DNA of 64,000 nucleotides from Amoebidium appalachense (taxonomy: Eukaryota; Protista; Ichthyosporea), in NCBI GenBank assembly GCA_963693365.1, contig CAVNZM010000017.1, positions 3,140,875-3,204,874 on the forward strand. Direction: 5' to 3'. The notes beneath the pieces were generated by a model that was not told where the DNA came from, searched no databases, and saw only the letters and a program-made list of their open reading frames with translations. Both the position numbers and the translations under genes were made by a program. Position 1 is the stretch's first letter. Each line of letters starts with the position of its first letter. Shown one piece after another: positions 42,227 to 53,169 of this stretch.

Positions 42227-44220
42227 AACAAAAACACACGCACACACACAAACACACGCACACCCCTAACCCCTCCCCCTCCCTCACTCCCCTCCCCCCC
42301 CCCCCCCCCTTCCCCCCCCCCTCCCTTAACAAAAAAAAGGAAAAAAGAAAAACAAGAAAATGTGCGCGCGGCACACACACGCCCATCCACCCACACACCC
42401 ACACACCCACCCACATACCCCCACCACCACCACCACCACCACCACTCCCGGAACACACACACACACTGTTGCCATGCGCTGTTGACACCCTACACCCAAC
42501 AGAGTGTCACATCACAGTCTCCACCACCATAGACATGGCAATTCCACAATAAAAGCCTCAGACCCCCGTTTGGGACAATTAAACGATTAACCACCGTAGA
42601 TCTTGTCTTCTTCGCAAGCAACTGAAACAGTGCGTCCACCATGGTGTCACCGAGTTAACCTACTTATAGCAGCTGTTACCGGTCCCAAGCTCTGTGTAAC
42701 GCGTACAGTTAGGAACGGCTCAGCCTGCAGCGGAGTCCAGAGGTCGGTCTTACTACCTTTCTCTCGCAGGAAATTAGCCCATAGGCCGGTGCAGTGTTTA
42801 AAACTGCGCAGCACCATGGCCAAAGGGGGCAACAGCTGTTGATGAAGACTTAGCTGGCAAACTACGCCCCACTTCCCGGGCCCCGTAGGAGAACGTACAT
42901 GGGTGGTCACAATGGCCTGGCCGCCAGAGGGGGGCGGGGGAGGGGGAGGGGGGATTGTGGGAGGAGAGGTGGAGAGGGGAGGGGGGGGGGGGGGGGGGGG
43001 GGGAGGGGGAGGGGGAGAGAGGAAGGAGGGGGACCGGGGGGTGTTGGGGGGAAGGGGGGGGGAGGGGGGGGGGGGGGGAGGGGGGGGAGGGGGTGAGGTA
43101 CTGTATGCATTCTTACTCCATCGATGTGTAAGTCTCCAACGCTCTGATCAGATATTCTTTTATCATGGATTTTTCCTTGTGCGGCCGATAAATGCTGCCC
43201 ATAAATTGCACATGGGACTATATATATATGGTACACATGGTGTTACAGCATAACCTTCTCAATTACGTGGGCGACCCGTTGTAACGTTGTCATGGAGGGG
43301 CGTTAGCCACGACATCCCCCCCCAGGCCTCCGGGCGGAAAACCGAGGCCCGAGCACTTGCTTGTCCGTCCGTCCGTCCGATCTTCCGAACGGTACCCGGC
43401 AGATTGATTGAAGCACACCGATCGGTTAGGCCGTGTTTCCTATGAAATCGGATTGCTTTTGGATCCGTTCCGCGATTCTGTGCCCTGTGGGACTTAACGT
43501 TTTAACGGAAGCTTATGATTGGTAAATAAATTCGAATAGATTTGGCCGGTTATGATTGGCAAATACTTTCGAAATAGATCTGGCCGTGCTGCCCGTGCAC
43601 CTGCAATTGCTTACCAGCGAGATTGGCGCCGCGGTTGCAGGAGATTCAAAAGAACGAACGTGTTATTGTTTGAAATGCTTTTCTCTTGACTGGGATTTAT
43701 TGATCAGTGGTCCAGTGGATATGAAGGCAACGCGCAGCCACAGGCTACATGACCACCAAAATAACCGACTTCGAAAGAGCCACAGCGATGAAATAAAAAT
43801 AAAACAATAAGTGACCAAAGGACACCAGCGGGCAAAGGTACAAGTGCACGTGTATGCGTGAAACTAGTTTGTTCCAACTAGTCATATGCAGCGATGATGA
43901 CCAGGCCACACTCCGCAAGAAGACATCATTACTGCTGCCCCCCAACAGGCCCCCCTCAAAACCTACCGGGCACAGCAAGCAAGTCCACGTGTAAGATTGA
44001 ACCGGGACCTGATTGGAGAACGGATTTTTCTAATTTAGGTCTTGGAATGTGTCCAGATAATGCGAGAACTTTCTGGGGTCGTGCCCCGGCGAACCCGACG
44101 GGGGGCGACTCCAGGCGAGCCCCCGCTCGGCCCGGGAGCGAGCCTCGACGCCCCTCTATGAGAGCCAGGAGAAGCTGCTGGAAGGCAGCATCGAACTGGC
44201 AACTACCAGCTCGTTCTCCA

Positions 44221-44606
44221 CACTATTGGGATATTCGGGTTGGTTGTAAGGTTTTCCGGGTCGGGCCGAAGGCCCTAACGGGCCGCAGGCCCGTCTATTG
44301 GGCCATAGGCCCTAGGCCGCTAGGCCTGGGGCCCGGGGCGCCGGGGACCGGGGGGCCCGGCCCGGCCCGCGAGCCACCCCCCCCCCCGGCCCGGCCCGGC
44401 CCCGGGGTTAGCAGACTCTGCTAACCCCGGGGCCGCCGGGCCGGGGGGGGGTGGCTCGCGGGCCGGGCCGGGCCCCCGGTCCCCGGCGCCCCGGGCCCCA
44501 GGCCTAGCGGCCTAGGGCCTATGGCCCAATAGACGGGCCTGCGGCCCGTTAGGGCCTTCGGCCCGACCCGGGAAACCTTACAACCAACCCGAATATCCCA
44601 ATATTG
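44221..44606. repeat. ~386-bp near-perfect GC-rich palindrome (foldback MITE-like)
   Basis: CACTATTGGGATATTCGGG... pairs with ...CCCGAATATCCCAATATTG. The centre GTTAGCAGA-C-TCTGCTAAC is at 44416. Flanks are CTCCA / CTTCA. Confidence 0.92.
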
Positions 44607-44859
44607 CTTCATTCTGATTGGTTGTCACACCACGGGGTTTCCCGATTGTTCTTCGAATGACATTTGCTATCACTATCAGACAGTTCTCCAATATCAGAAC
44701 AGAAAACGGTCTCTACCCAGATGGCCAGATGGCCAGGTCAAATTCAGTGTGTGGAAAAAGGTGGATAAAACGGGATAAAACGGTGAGCAAAATGATCTGG
44801 CCATCTGGCCATGTGGCCATGGAATCTCTATATCTAAAAATAGCTGCCACTGCGCCGGG

Positions 44860-45160
44860 GCGTGGTTCCGGGAGGCAGGGGAGGCACGTGAGCACTCACT
44901 GGCCCTGTGCCGGGCCTGGTTCCGGGAGGCAGGGGAGCAGGGGAGCAGGGGGAGGCACGTGAGCACTCACTGGGGCCTGGTTCCGGGAGGCAGGGGAGCA
45001 GGGGAGCAGGGGGGAGGCACGTGAGCACTCACTGGGGCCTGGTTCCGGGAGGCAGGGGAGCAGGGGGGGGCACCCAGTGTGTGGGTGTGCATATGGGCAG
45101 GGGAGCAGGGGGGCAGGGGAGCAGGGGGGCAGGGGGGCAGGGGGGCAGGGGAGCTGGGGA
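44860..45160. repeat. G-rich tandem repeats (GGTTCCGGGAGGCAGGGGAGCAGGGG...GGCACGTGAGCACTCACTGG) and GGGGAGCA runs
   Basis: Four variable-length units begin GGTTCCGGGAGGCAGGGG, followed by further (GGGG[GA]GCA)n. Confidence 0.85.
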
Positions 45161-45237
45161 GACTGGCATGCCACTCACGGGGAGGATAGTGTATGTTGGC
45201 ACGTGTGGGTGTGTGGGTGATAAAGGCAGAAGCCACA

Positions 45238-46017
45238 ACACGTGTGGTGTCTAAACAGCCTATAGGCATGCTCCGTGTGCAGGCACCAATTTCTACCCTC
45301 TTCTGGTTGGTGCCAAGAGGCAGCGCCCTACACGTGTGGTGTCTAAACAGCCTATAGGCATGCTCCGTGTGCAGGCACCAATTTCTACCCTCTTCTGGTT
45401 GGTGCCAAGAGGCAGCGCCCTACACGTGTGGTGTCTAAACAGCCTATAGGCATGCTCCGTGTGCAGGCACCAATTTCTACCCTCTTCTGGTTGGTGCCAA
45501 GAGGCAGCGCCCTACACGTGTGGTGTCTAAACAGCCTATAGGCATGCTCCGTGTGCAGGCACCAATTTCTACCCTCTTCTGGTTGGTGCCAAGAGGCAGC
45601 GCCCTACACGTGTGGTGTCTAAACAGCCTATAGGCATGCTCCGTGTGCAGGCACCAATTTCTACCCTCTTCTGGTTGGTGCCAAGAGGCAGCGCCCTACA
45701 CGTGTGGTGTCTAAACAGCCTATAGGCATGCTCCGTGTGCAGGCACCAATTTCTACCCTCTTCTGGTTGGTGCCAAGAGGCAGCGCCCTACACGTGTGGT
45801 GTCTAAACAGCCTATAGGCATGCTCCGTGTGCAGGCACCAATTTCTACCCTCTTCTGGTTGGTGCCAAGAGGCAGCGCCCTACACGTGTGGTGTCTAAAC
45901 AGCCTATAGGCATGCTCCGTGTGCAGGCACCAATTTGTTGTGCCTTCCTTTTTTGGTTAGATCTATACCCGGCCAATGGTTAGCAGCCACGGGTTTGTTT
46001 TCATCAAGCTTAGACGT
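45238..46017 (+). repeat. Left inverted-repeat arm: 7 full + 1 partial copies of a 92-bp unit plus an ~80-bp unique inner segment
   Basis: CACGTGTGGTGTCTAAACAGCC... starts at 45239, 45331, 45423, 45515, 45607, 45699, 45791 and 45883. The inner segment is GTTGTGCCTTCC...CATCAAGCTTAGACGT. Confidence 0.95.
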
Positions 46018-46229
46018 GATACTTTGCCAACCATCAAGGCCGTTTGAGTGACAATGACCGTTGATTGGAGAGATCTATCCCATTGAGCCTTGGCACCATT
46101 GCTGTAAGCTGCTTTGTACCGTGGCATATAAAAGCAGCACACACGGTCACATTCACTCATTTCAACACTGACACTCAATAGTAAAAGGCGACACACAACA
46201 AACTTGTTTTTCAAACACTCACACGAAAC

Positions 46230-47458
46230 ATGGATTCTTGGAAAGAGGAGCTTCAACAGCTGCAGAAGCGCTTTGATTTTCTGTACACGGACCATTCGTC
46301 TCGCTTAACGGCCCTGCACACCGACGTCACCAGCCTCCGCACCGACCTCACCAGCCTCCGCAGTCAAGTGACCAATGAGAATGCTGCGCGTACCCCCCGA
46401 CCCCCCCAACCCCAGCCCTCTGATGTAGAGGCACGACTGAGGGCAGCCGAAGAGCAGATCAAGACCCTGCAGGCCGAGCTTGCCAGCCTGCAACGGGCTG
46501 CAGCACCCCGTCGGGATGGCCAGGTGGCCTATGAAAACTACATTTTCAGTGGCCCTCGCAAGACTACCATTGCCGCCAACACCACCACTGTGACTGCTGA
46601 CCCCACCCCTGCCGCCAACACCACCACTGTGACTGCCCCCACCCCTGCCGCAAAGACCACCCCTGTGACTGCCCCCACCCCTGTCGCAAAGACCGCCCCT
46701 GTGACTGCCCCCACCCCTGCCGCAAAGACCACCCCTGTGACTGCCCCCACCCCTGTCGCAAAGACCGCCCCTGTGACTGCCCCCACCCCTGCCGCCAAGA
46801 CCACTCCTGCCAAGACCACCCCTACCACCAAGACCACTCCTGCCAAGACCACCCCTACCACCAAGACCACTCCTGCCAAGACCACCCCTACCACCAAGAC
46901 CACTCCTGCCAAGACCGGGCCCCTGCCGCTAAGCCCAGGCCCAAGCACACCAAAACACCTGAGACTTCGTTGCATGACCATACGATGGACCTCGATGCAC
47001 AGCTACTAGTAACTAGTGTGAGGGGGGAGCTCCAGAATGCTCGAGAGCGTGTCAAAGAGGCAAAGGCGGCTGAAGATGAAATGGCGGAGGGCCTGGCCAT
47101 TGCTGCTGTGTGTGCAGCCCAAAACACCATAAAAAGCATCCGAAGGAAGATTCTGCGACGGGAGAAGAACTTGAAGGCATACACAGGTGGTAATGAGTCT
47201 GTCTCTTCACCTGCCTCACCCGCCAAACGCGTCCATGATCAATGTGATTGGGACTCAGATGAAGCATTCAACCCCAAGCGGCTCAAACGACGGGCAAATC
47301 AGGTACTCGATGATATGACAGATGACGAATCTGCGTCTGATCGTGAGTCGGTCGTGTATGACCGCAAACCTGAACCCAAACATAAACAAACTGAAGAAAT
47401 TCCCCTCATTGATCTTGACCAGGAAGAGTTTGACCAGTATGAGCATGAGATGTACTGA
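46230..47458 (+). CDS. Coiled-coil + Thr/Ala/Pro/Lys-repeat protein; probably one gene broken by a frameshift near 46917-46921
   Basis: TATAAAA at 46127. ORF 46230-47009 has an N-terminal heptads region and (TTPVTAPTPAAK)n. The repeat codon pattern CCT GCC GCT AAG continues in the frame of ORF 46970-47458, which gives a second coiled coil, KRLKRR and an acidic tail. Confidence 0.6.
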
Positions 47459-47859
47459 TTTGATTGGTCGACTAAGTGGCATTCTCTTTTGATTTGTATT
47501 TGAATTGATCGGTCTTGATTTATTTGTTTCTTTTCTCTTTTAGTTTGTATTTGAATATACTCGGTCCAAGTTGATTTGTTCTTTGTAATCTGACTAGACT
47601 ATCATGTACGTACGTACTCTTTTTCTATACAATCACTTGTGTTCATATTAAAGGATTCTGTGTACGTGGACCACGGAAACATACACCATTTTTTGCAGTG
47701 CTTCATGCTATAAAATAACCATGAGAGACACAAACAAATACACTAAGTGTGTACACGTCTACCCATAGGCCCAAGTGTTGACATGTCTGCCCACAGTTCC
47801 CTAAGGCTTAAAGCACACATCTGCATGTATGCCATAAACTTTACTTTCACCACAAGACA

Positions 47860-48997
47860 CCCACCTAAGTACACTCTGCACCACCCTAAGTACACTGTGG
47901 TGCACAGCCCCACCCTAAGTACACGTCTGCACCACCGTGACCCTAAGTACACTGTGGTGCACAGCCCCACCCTAAGTACACGTCTGCACCACCCTAAGTA
48001 CACTGTGGTGCACAGCCCCACCCTAAGTACACGTCTGCACCACCCTAAGTACACCTCTGCACCACCCTAAGTACACGTCTGCACCACCCTAAGTACACCT
48101 CTGCACCACCCTAAGTACACCTCTGCACCACCCTAAGTACACCTCTGCACAGCCCTAAGTACACCTCTGCACCACCCTAAGTACACTCTGCACCACCCTA
48201 AGTACACCTCTGCACAGCCCTAAGTACACCTCTGCACCACCCTAAGTACACGTCTGCACCACCCTAAGTACACTCTGCACAGCCCCACCCTAAGTACACC
48301 TCTGCCCACAGCCCCACCCTAAGTACACTGTGCACCACCCTAAGTACACGTCTGCACCACCCTAAGTACACTCTGCACAGCCCCACCCTAAGTACACGTC
48401 TGCACCACCCTAAGTACACGTCTGCACCACCCTAAGTACACCTCTGCACCACCCTAAGTACACGTCTGCACCACCCTAAGTACACGTCTGCACCACCCTA
48501 AGTACACCTCTGCACCACCCTAAGTACACCTCTGCACCACCCTAAGTACACGTCTGCACCACCCTAAGTACACCTCTGCACCACCCTAAGTACACGTCTG
48601 CACCACCCTAAGTACACGTCTGCACCACCCTAAGTACACGTCTGCACCACCCTAAGTACACGTCTGCACCACCCTAAGTACACGTCTGCACCACCCTAAG
48701 TACACTCTGCACAGCCCCACCCTAAGTACACGTCTGCACCACCCTAAGTACACTCTGCACAGCCCCACCCTAAGTACACTCTGCACCACCCTAAGTACAC
48801 TCTGCACCACCCTAAGTACCTCTACACCATCCTAAGTACACGTCTGCACAGCCCCACCCTTTAAGTACACGTCTGCACAGCCCCACCCTTTAAGTACACG
48901 TCTGCACCATCCTAAGTACACGTCTGCACAGCCCCACCCTTTAAGTACACGTCTGCACAGCCCCACCCTAAGTACACTCAATGTTAAGTACACCTGC
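47860..48997. repeat. Satellite of 21-28-bp units, core CACCACCCTAAGTACAC(G/C)TCTG
   Basis: Dozens of tandem units, each containing CCCTAAGTACAC. Variants include CACAGCCC insertions. Confidence 0.95.
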
Positions 48998-49056
48998 ACA
49001 CAAGCACTAGAATAGCCTGAGGCTACTCTCTAATAGCGGCCCCTTTTTTCACCGTG

Positions 49057-49803
49057 TCAAGGCCAGTTGATATCTCCGTCTGAAGACTCGGAAGACGCCC
49101 CAGAGCTGCTGGCTTCACTGGCTCGTGCCCTTTTCTGCTGTCCCCGTGTCAAGGTCTTGGACTCGGAAGACGAGTGCTCCTCAGAAGACGAGTACTCCTC
49201 AGGTCCCCATAGCAAGGTCTTGAACCAAGGAGGCACTTCCTCCTGTACCTCCGACCCAGAGCTTTTGACTTCCTCTCGTGTCCTCTTCTGCTGTCTTCGT
49301 GGTTTCTCCCGTGTCTTGGACCCCTGTGTGAAGGTCTTCCAGTTGAACCAAGGAGGCACTGGAGAATGGTGCTCCTCCTCCGACCCAGAGCTTCTGACTT
49401 CCTCTCGTGTCCTCTTCTGCTGTCTTCGTGGTTTCTCCCGTGTCTTGGACCCCTGTGTGATGTGCAAACGTGAGCGCTGCAGGGGCAGGGGGGCCAAGTC
49501 CACGGGATAGGAGCTGCCATGCTCGCCAGCACGAAGTGCAGGTGCCGCTGCCAGGACAGGGGGTGCCACGGTCAGCGCTGGGGGTGCCACGGTCAGCGCT
49601 GGGGGTGCCACGGTCAGCGCTGGGGGTGCCACGGTTGCTGCTGTAGTGGTGCGCTTGCTTAAAGCCATGCGGGCGTGCCTAGCAAGGGCGCACGCGAAAC
49701 GGGTCTGGGTGTCCCGCAGGACCTTTGCATCCTCCTCCAAAGTCTTGAGTCTTGTCTCTATTTTTTTAGCGCGCCTTTCTAGATCTTTGATGTTAGAACT
49801 CAT
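49057..49803 (-). CDS. Hypothetical coiled-coil protein with (LTVAPPA)n and a duplicated basic/acidic block
   Basis: ATG at 49803 (MSSNIKDLERRAKKIETRLKTLEE). TATAAAA on the minus strand at 49889-49895. Internal duplication TQGSKTREKPRRQQKRTREEV. Confidence 0.65.
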   Translation of the reverse strand: MSSNIKDLERRAKKIETRLKTLEEDAKVLRDTQTRFACALARHARMALSKRTTTAATVAPPALTVAPPALTVAPPALTVAPPVLAAAPALRAGEHGSSYPVDLAPLPLQRSRLHITQGSKTREKPRRQQKRTREEVRSSGSEEEHHSPVPPWFNWKTFTQGSKTREKPRRQQKRTREEVKSSGSEVQEEVPPWFKTLLWGPEEYSSSEEHSSSESKTLTRGQQKRARASEASSSGASSESSDGDINWP

Positions 49804-50751
49804 TTTCGTGACAGTTGGATGTACGTTGTGTGCCAAGGGAGAAGCTAGCTAACATGGAAAAGGTGTGTGGATTGAAGAGAGTATGGGCTTTTATATGCCG
49901 TGCCCGGCTTTGGCATCAGATGCTTTATTGCATTAGATTGGTTGGATATACCCCAGCCGCGACGCTTGATTGGATCTAGAGATCGCGTGAATATCTGATT
50001 GGCTAATTGTCATTTGGGCATCTTGGTGTATCCGATAAGTTGGGGCTCAACCAAATCTGCTGACTGATTGATGAATTCTGATTGGATCAACAAGAGCATG
50101 TTTTGACTTGAGAATTGTCATTTGACAGATTGGATTGTAATCCGATCTTTGCAACTTGGCCGTCAGTGTTTGAACACAATGTATTTTGATGTAGCAACTC
50201 CTAAAAAAACACGAATATGCTTCCCAACAATTACGAGCATTATTCTGTCTATCAGGGATACAAAAATTGGTCAGGAAAAGTACACAATCACATGGTGCTG
50301 ACTGCTTGAACACGATGTCAACTGATAGCGAATCGGTGCACTGCCTGCTGGGAACAACATGTCACTTTTTGAGCAGCACTTAGGAAACTCGCGCTCACGT
50401 GGATCCAATACTTATACACCAACCAGAAGTGTGCGCACAAAAAGGGGTCCGAGCTGGATACAAATGGCTTGGTGTGTGTGTGTGTGTGTTTTATTTTGCA
50501 CTGTGTAAGGAGCGCTTTTTTTTTGTTCACACTGCTTTACTTTGTAAATAATCAGTGGCGAGTTTTTTTAGTTCACGGTGTGTTTGCGCATCATAGGATT
50601 TTGCTTTATTTTGCATTGTGTAAGAGGAACGTTTTTTTTTGGGTCACACTTTTGCTTCGTAAAAATAAGAGGGACGTTTTTTTTGTTCACACTGCTTTGC
50701 TTCGTGGATAAAAACTAAACACCTCCTGCCCAACCGGCTGCAAACGACACA

Positions 50752-51108
50752 ATGGATGAAACAGATACACAGCGCCAAGATGCACACACCGAGCAGCTGC
50801 AAGAGACCAACAAGATGCTGAAGGAGGCCAACGAGGGGCTGCACGGGCTGATCCAGCAGCTGAGGGAGTTGAACAACGACATGGACAAGGACAACGACGC
50901 GCTGCGCACAATGAACAAGAACCAGCGGGAGGTGATCAAGGGCCTGCAAGAGGAGCGCAACAAGGTGTGCGAAGAGAACAAGAATTTGGTGGTGGAGAAC
51001 CAAGAGCTGCAGCTGGAAAACGACAAGCTGAAGAAGCAAAAGGACTTTCTACGGGCCTGTCTCATACGGCTGGGCCAGTCCGCTAAGACTCCGGATGAAA
51101 CGGATTGA
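50752..51108 (+). CDS. Hypothetical coiled-coil protein (118 aa)
   Basis: ACAATGG start, continuous heptad pattern and strong C/G-ending codon bias. Confidence 0.7.
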   Translation: MDETDTQRQDAHTEQLQETNKMLKEANEGLHGLIQQLRELNNDMDKDNDALRTMNKNQREVIKGLQEERNKVCEENKNLVVENQELQLENDKLKKQKDFLRACLIRLGQSAKTPDETD

Positions 51109-51167
51109 TACAATCATGAGGGATAACACTTGCGAGTGATTTCATTCTGTTACTTAGTATGTATTAA

Positions 51168-51469
51168 CGTCCAAGCTTGATGAAAACAAACCCGTGGCTG
51201 CTAACCATTGGCCGGGTATAGATCTAACCAAAAAAGGAAGGCACAACAAATTAGTGCCCTGCACACGGAGCATGCCTATAGGCTGTTTAGACACCACACG
51301 TGTAGGGCACTGCCTCTTGGCACCAACCAGAAGAGGGTAGAAATCAGTGCCCTGCACACGGAGCATGCCTATAGGCTGTTTAGACACCACACGTGTAGGG
51401 CACTGCCTCTTGGCACCAACCAGAAGAGGGTAGAAATCAGTGCCCTGCACACGGAGCATGCCTATAGGC
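51168..51469 (-). repeat. Right inverted-repeat arm (reverse complement of the 45238-46017 arm; ~2.5 copies of a 93-bp variant unit)
   Basis: ACGTCCAAGCTTGATGAAAACAAACCCGTGGCTGCTAACCATTGGCCGGGTATAGATCTAACC... is the reverse complement of 45937-46017 and continues into the tandem unit. Confidence 0.95.
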
Positions 51470-52007
51470 AGTGATGGGGTGAGTAGGATGAGTAGCTTGA
51501 GTACCTACTCATCTGGTCTCCCCCCGGGTGTTCCAATTTCCTTTTGGATTGAGATTTAGGTATACCCGTAGCCCACAGTAGATGAGTACGTACTCATCCT
51601 ACTCATCCTACTCACTATATGACAATTGCATATTTTTATACCTAAAAAGGAAACCTTTACCATATTTGGTCGAGTAACATCTAGTGTGGGACACTTGTCT
51701 GTGTTACTCAGAATCAGTACCTTGAGTAAGATAATTATTGTTACTCAGTGCAACAAGTTTCAGGTGACGTGTATCTGCTTATACTTATATATATATATAT
51801 CCTGAGTGTAGGGCTGGCTCCCTAATGGACACTCCAAACCCACATATTTGTAACAATATTATCGACCATAATCCCAACGCACACCAGACATGTGCTCCGA
51901 TGACTCCCTGGCTGTGGGCCTCCTTATATTCACATGCTGCGCCATCCAGGGCACAGTTGCACCTTCACCGGCAGTCGCACACACACACGCACTGCGTGAT
52001 ACCTGCA

Positions 52008-52526
52008 TTATTCTCTACACTGCCGCCTATTTTTCTGTACTGATTCATATAACTGCAGCGACAGAATGTCGCACCCCATGTCATGCCAAAGGAAGTCCTT
52101 CAAAAAGTCGATTCGCAGAAGGGTTGTTCGTTTTCTCTTTGCCTCCATGGGGACAGCTCGTCCCTCGCTCATGCCCTCCTCCTCCGTCGGATCCCTCGGT
52201 GGCAGCAGCGACAGCGTGGTGTCCCAGCGCTCCCAGGTCAGCCGAAACGACTTGCCCCAATCCAGGTCGATGGTCACCGCATCCCCGGCCCCCTCCAGTG
52301 GACACGTCGAAAACACCAGGTGGTTGAGTCCAGTCCTGTTCGACGTTTCCACCGACTGCAGCGGCAGCATCGTGTCCGACAGCATCGTGTCGCCCTTGCC
52401 GAGTCTTGCGTGGAGCTGTAGCGGCCGGCTTGCCACCCTCCCGGCGCCGTTCGAGTCGAACGTCATGTTGGATACAAGCAGCGACAGCCGATTGACAAAT
52501 AGCTTCAGGTCCTGCTCAAAAGCCAT
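52008..52526 (-). CDS. Hypothetical protein (MAFEQDLKLFVNRL...)
   Basis: ACCATGG start at 52526, TATAAAA on the minus strand at 52579-52585, and coding-like composition. Confidence 0.6.
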   Translation of the reverse strand: MAFEQDLKLFVNRLSLLVSNMTFDSNGAGRVASRPLQLHARLGKGDTMLSDTMLPLQSVETSNRTGLNHLVFSTCPLEGAGDAVTIDLDWGKSFRLTWERWDTTLSLLPPRDPTEEEGMSEGRAVPMEAKRKRTTLLRIDFLKDFLWHDMGCDILSLQLYESVQKNRRQCRE

Positions 52527-53169
52527 GGTCGGTTCTGGTGCAGATTCAGACTGGCAGCTCCCCGTGTCAGACACACGCTTTTATACCCTCCAGAGTCCCC
52601 GCCTGCGTCGGCGCACACTCATTCGCAAGGTGCCAGTTCTCGAGGCGCTGCATGACCACGAGTGCGCGCTTGCGTGTTTCGGCGTGTGTGTACGTGGGCC
52701 CGAATCGGAGTGTGAGGTGCTGAGCGTGCGCTGTTGCACAAGCATGTGGACCGCAGGTGTGCGACCGGGAGACATTGTGGTGGCGTGCGAGATCAAGCGC
52801 GCAGAATCCGGGTGGCGCAAGGTGTCCCTCGAGCTCGAGGAGGGCGCGTGGACCAGCAACCAGTGTGCGGCTGGGTGTAAGAGGAGGAAATGGTTTCACA
52901 GGGGTTGTGCAGGGCAAGCGCCCAAAATTTTGGGGTAGAGGTCATGCCAAAACAAGGAGGTCAGTCCAAAAAGAGGGGTCACAGACGTGCAAGGAAGTAC
53001 GTGTTTGCCAACGAGTTCATGCCAAAATACCGGAGGCTGGCCCTTCGACAAATTGTGCGAGTAAAGCGAAAAACGCACTGAGATTTATTCTGTCGACATC
53101 GATGTTGGAAAAATCACATACCATTATGCACATAACCACCCACACGAATTTACCCCTAAAGTTTGACAA

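Noticed and set aside
45238-45936. 92-bp array (and the 78-bp and 22-bp arrays) as a CRISPR array
   Set aside because: Units are head-to-tail with no unique spacers, there are no cas genes, and the context is eukaryotic.
47860-48997. True chromosome telomere
   Set aside because: It is internal, flanked by genes on both sides, and CCCTAA is not itself tandemly repeated.
52066-52938. 290-aa plus-strand ORF
   Set aside because: Mostly antisense to the better-supported minus gene at 52008-52526 (TATA and ATG context). The 3' part has no recognisable motif.
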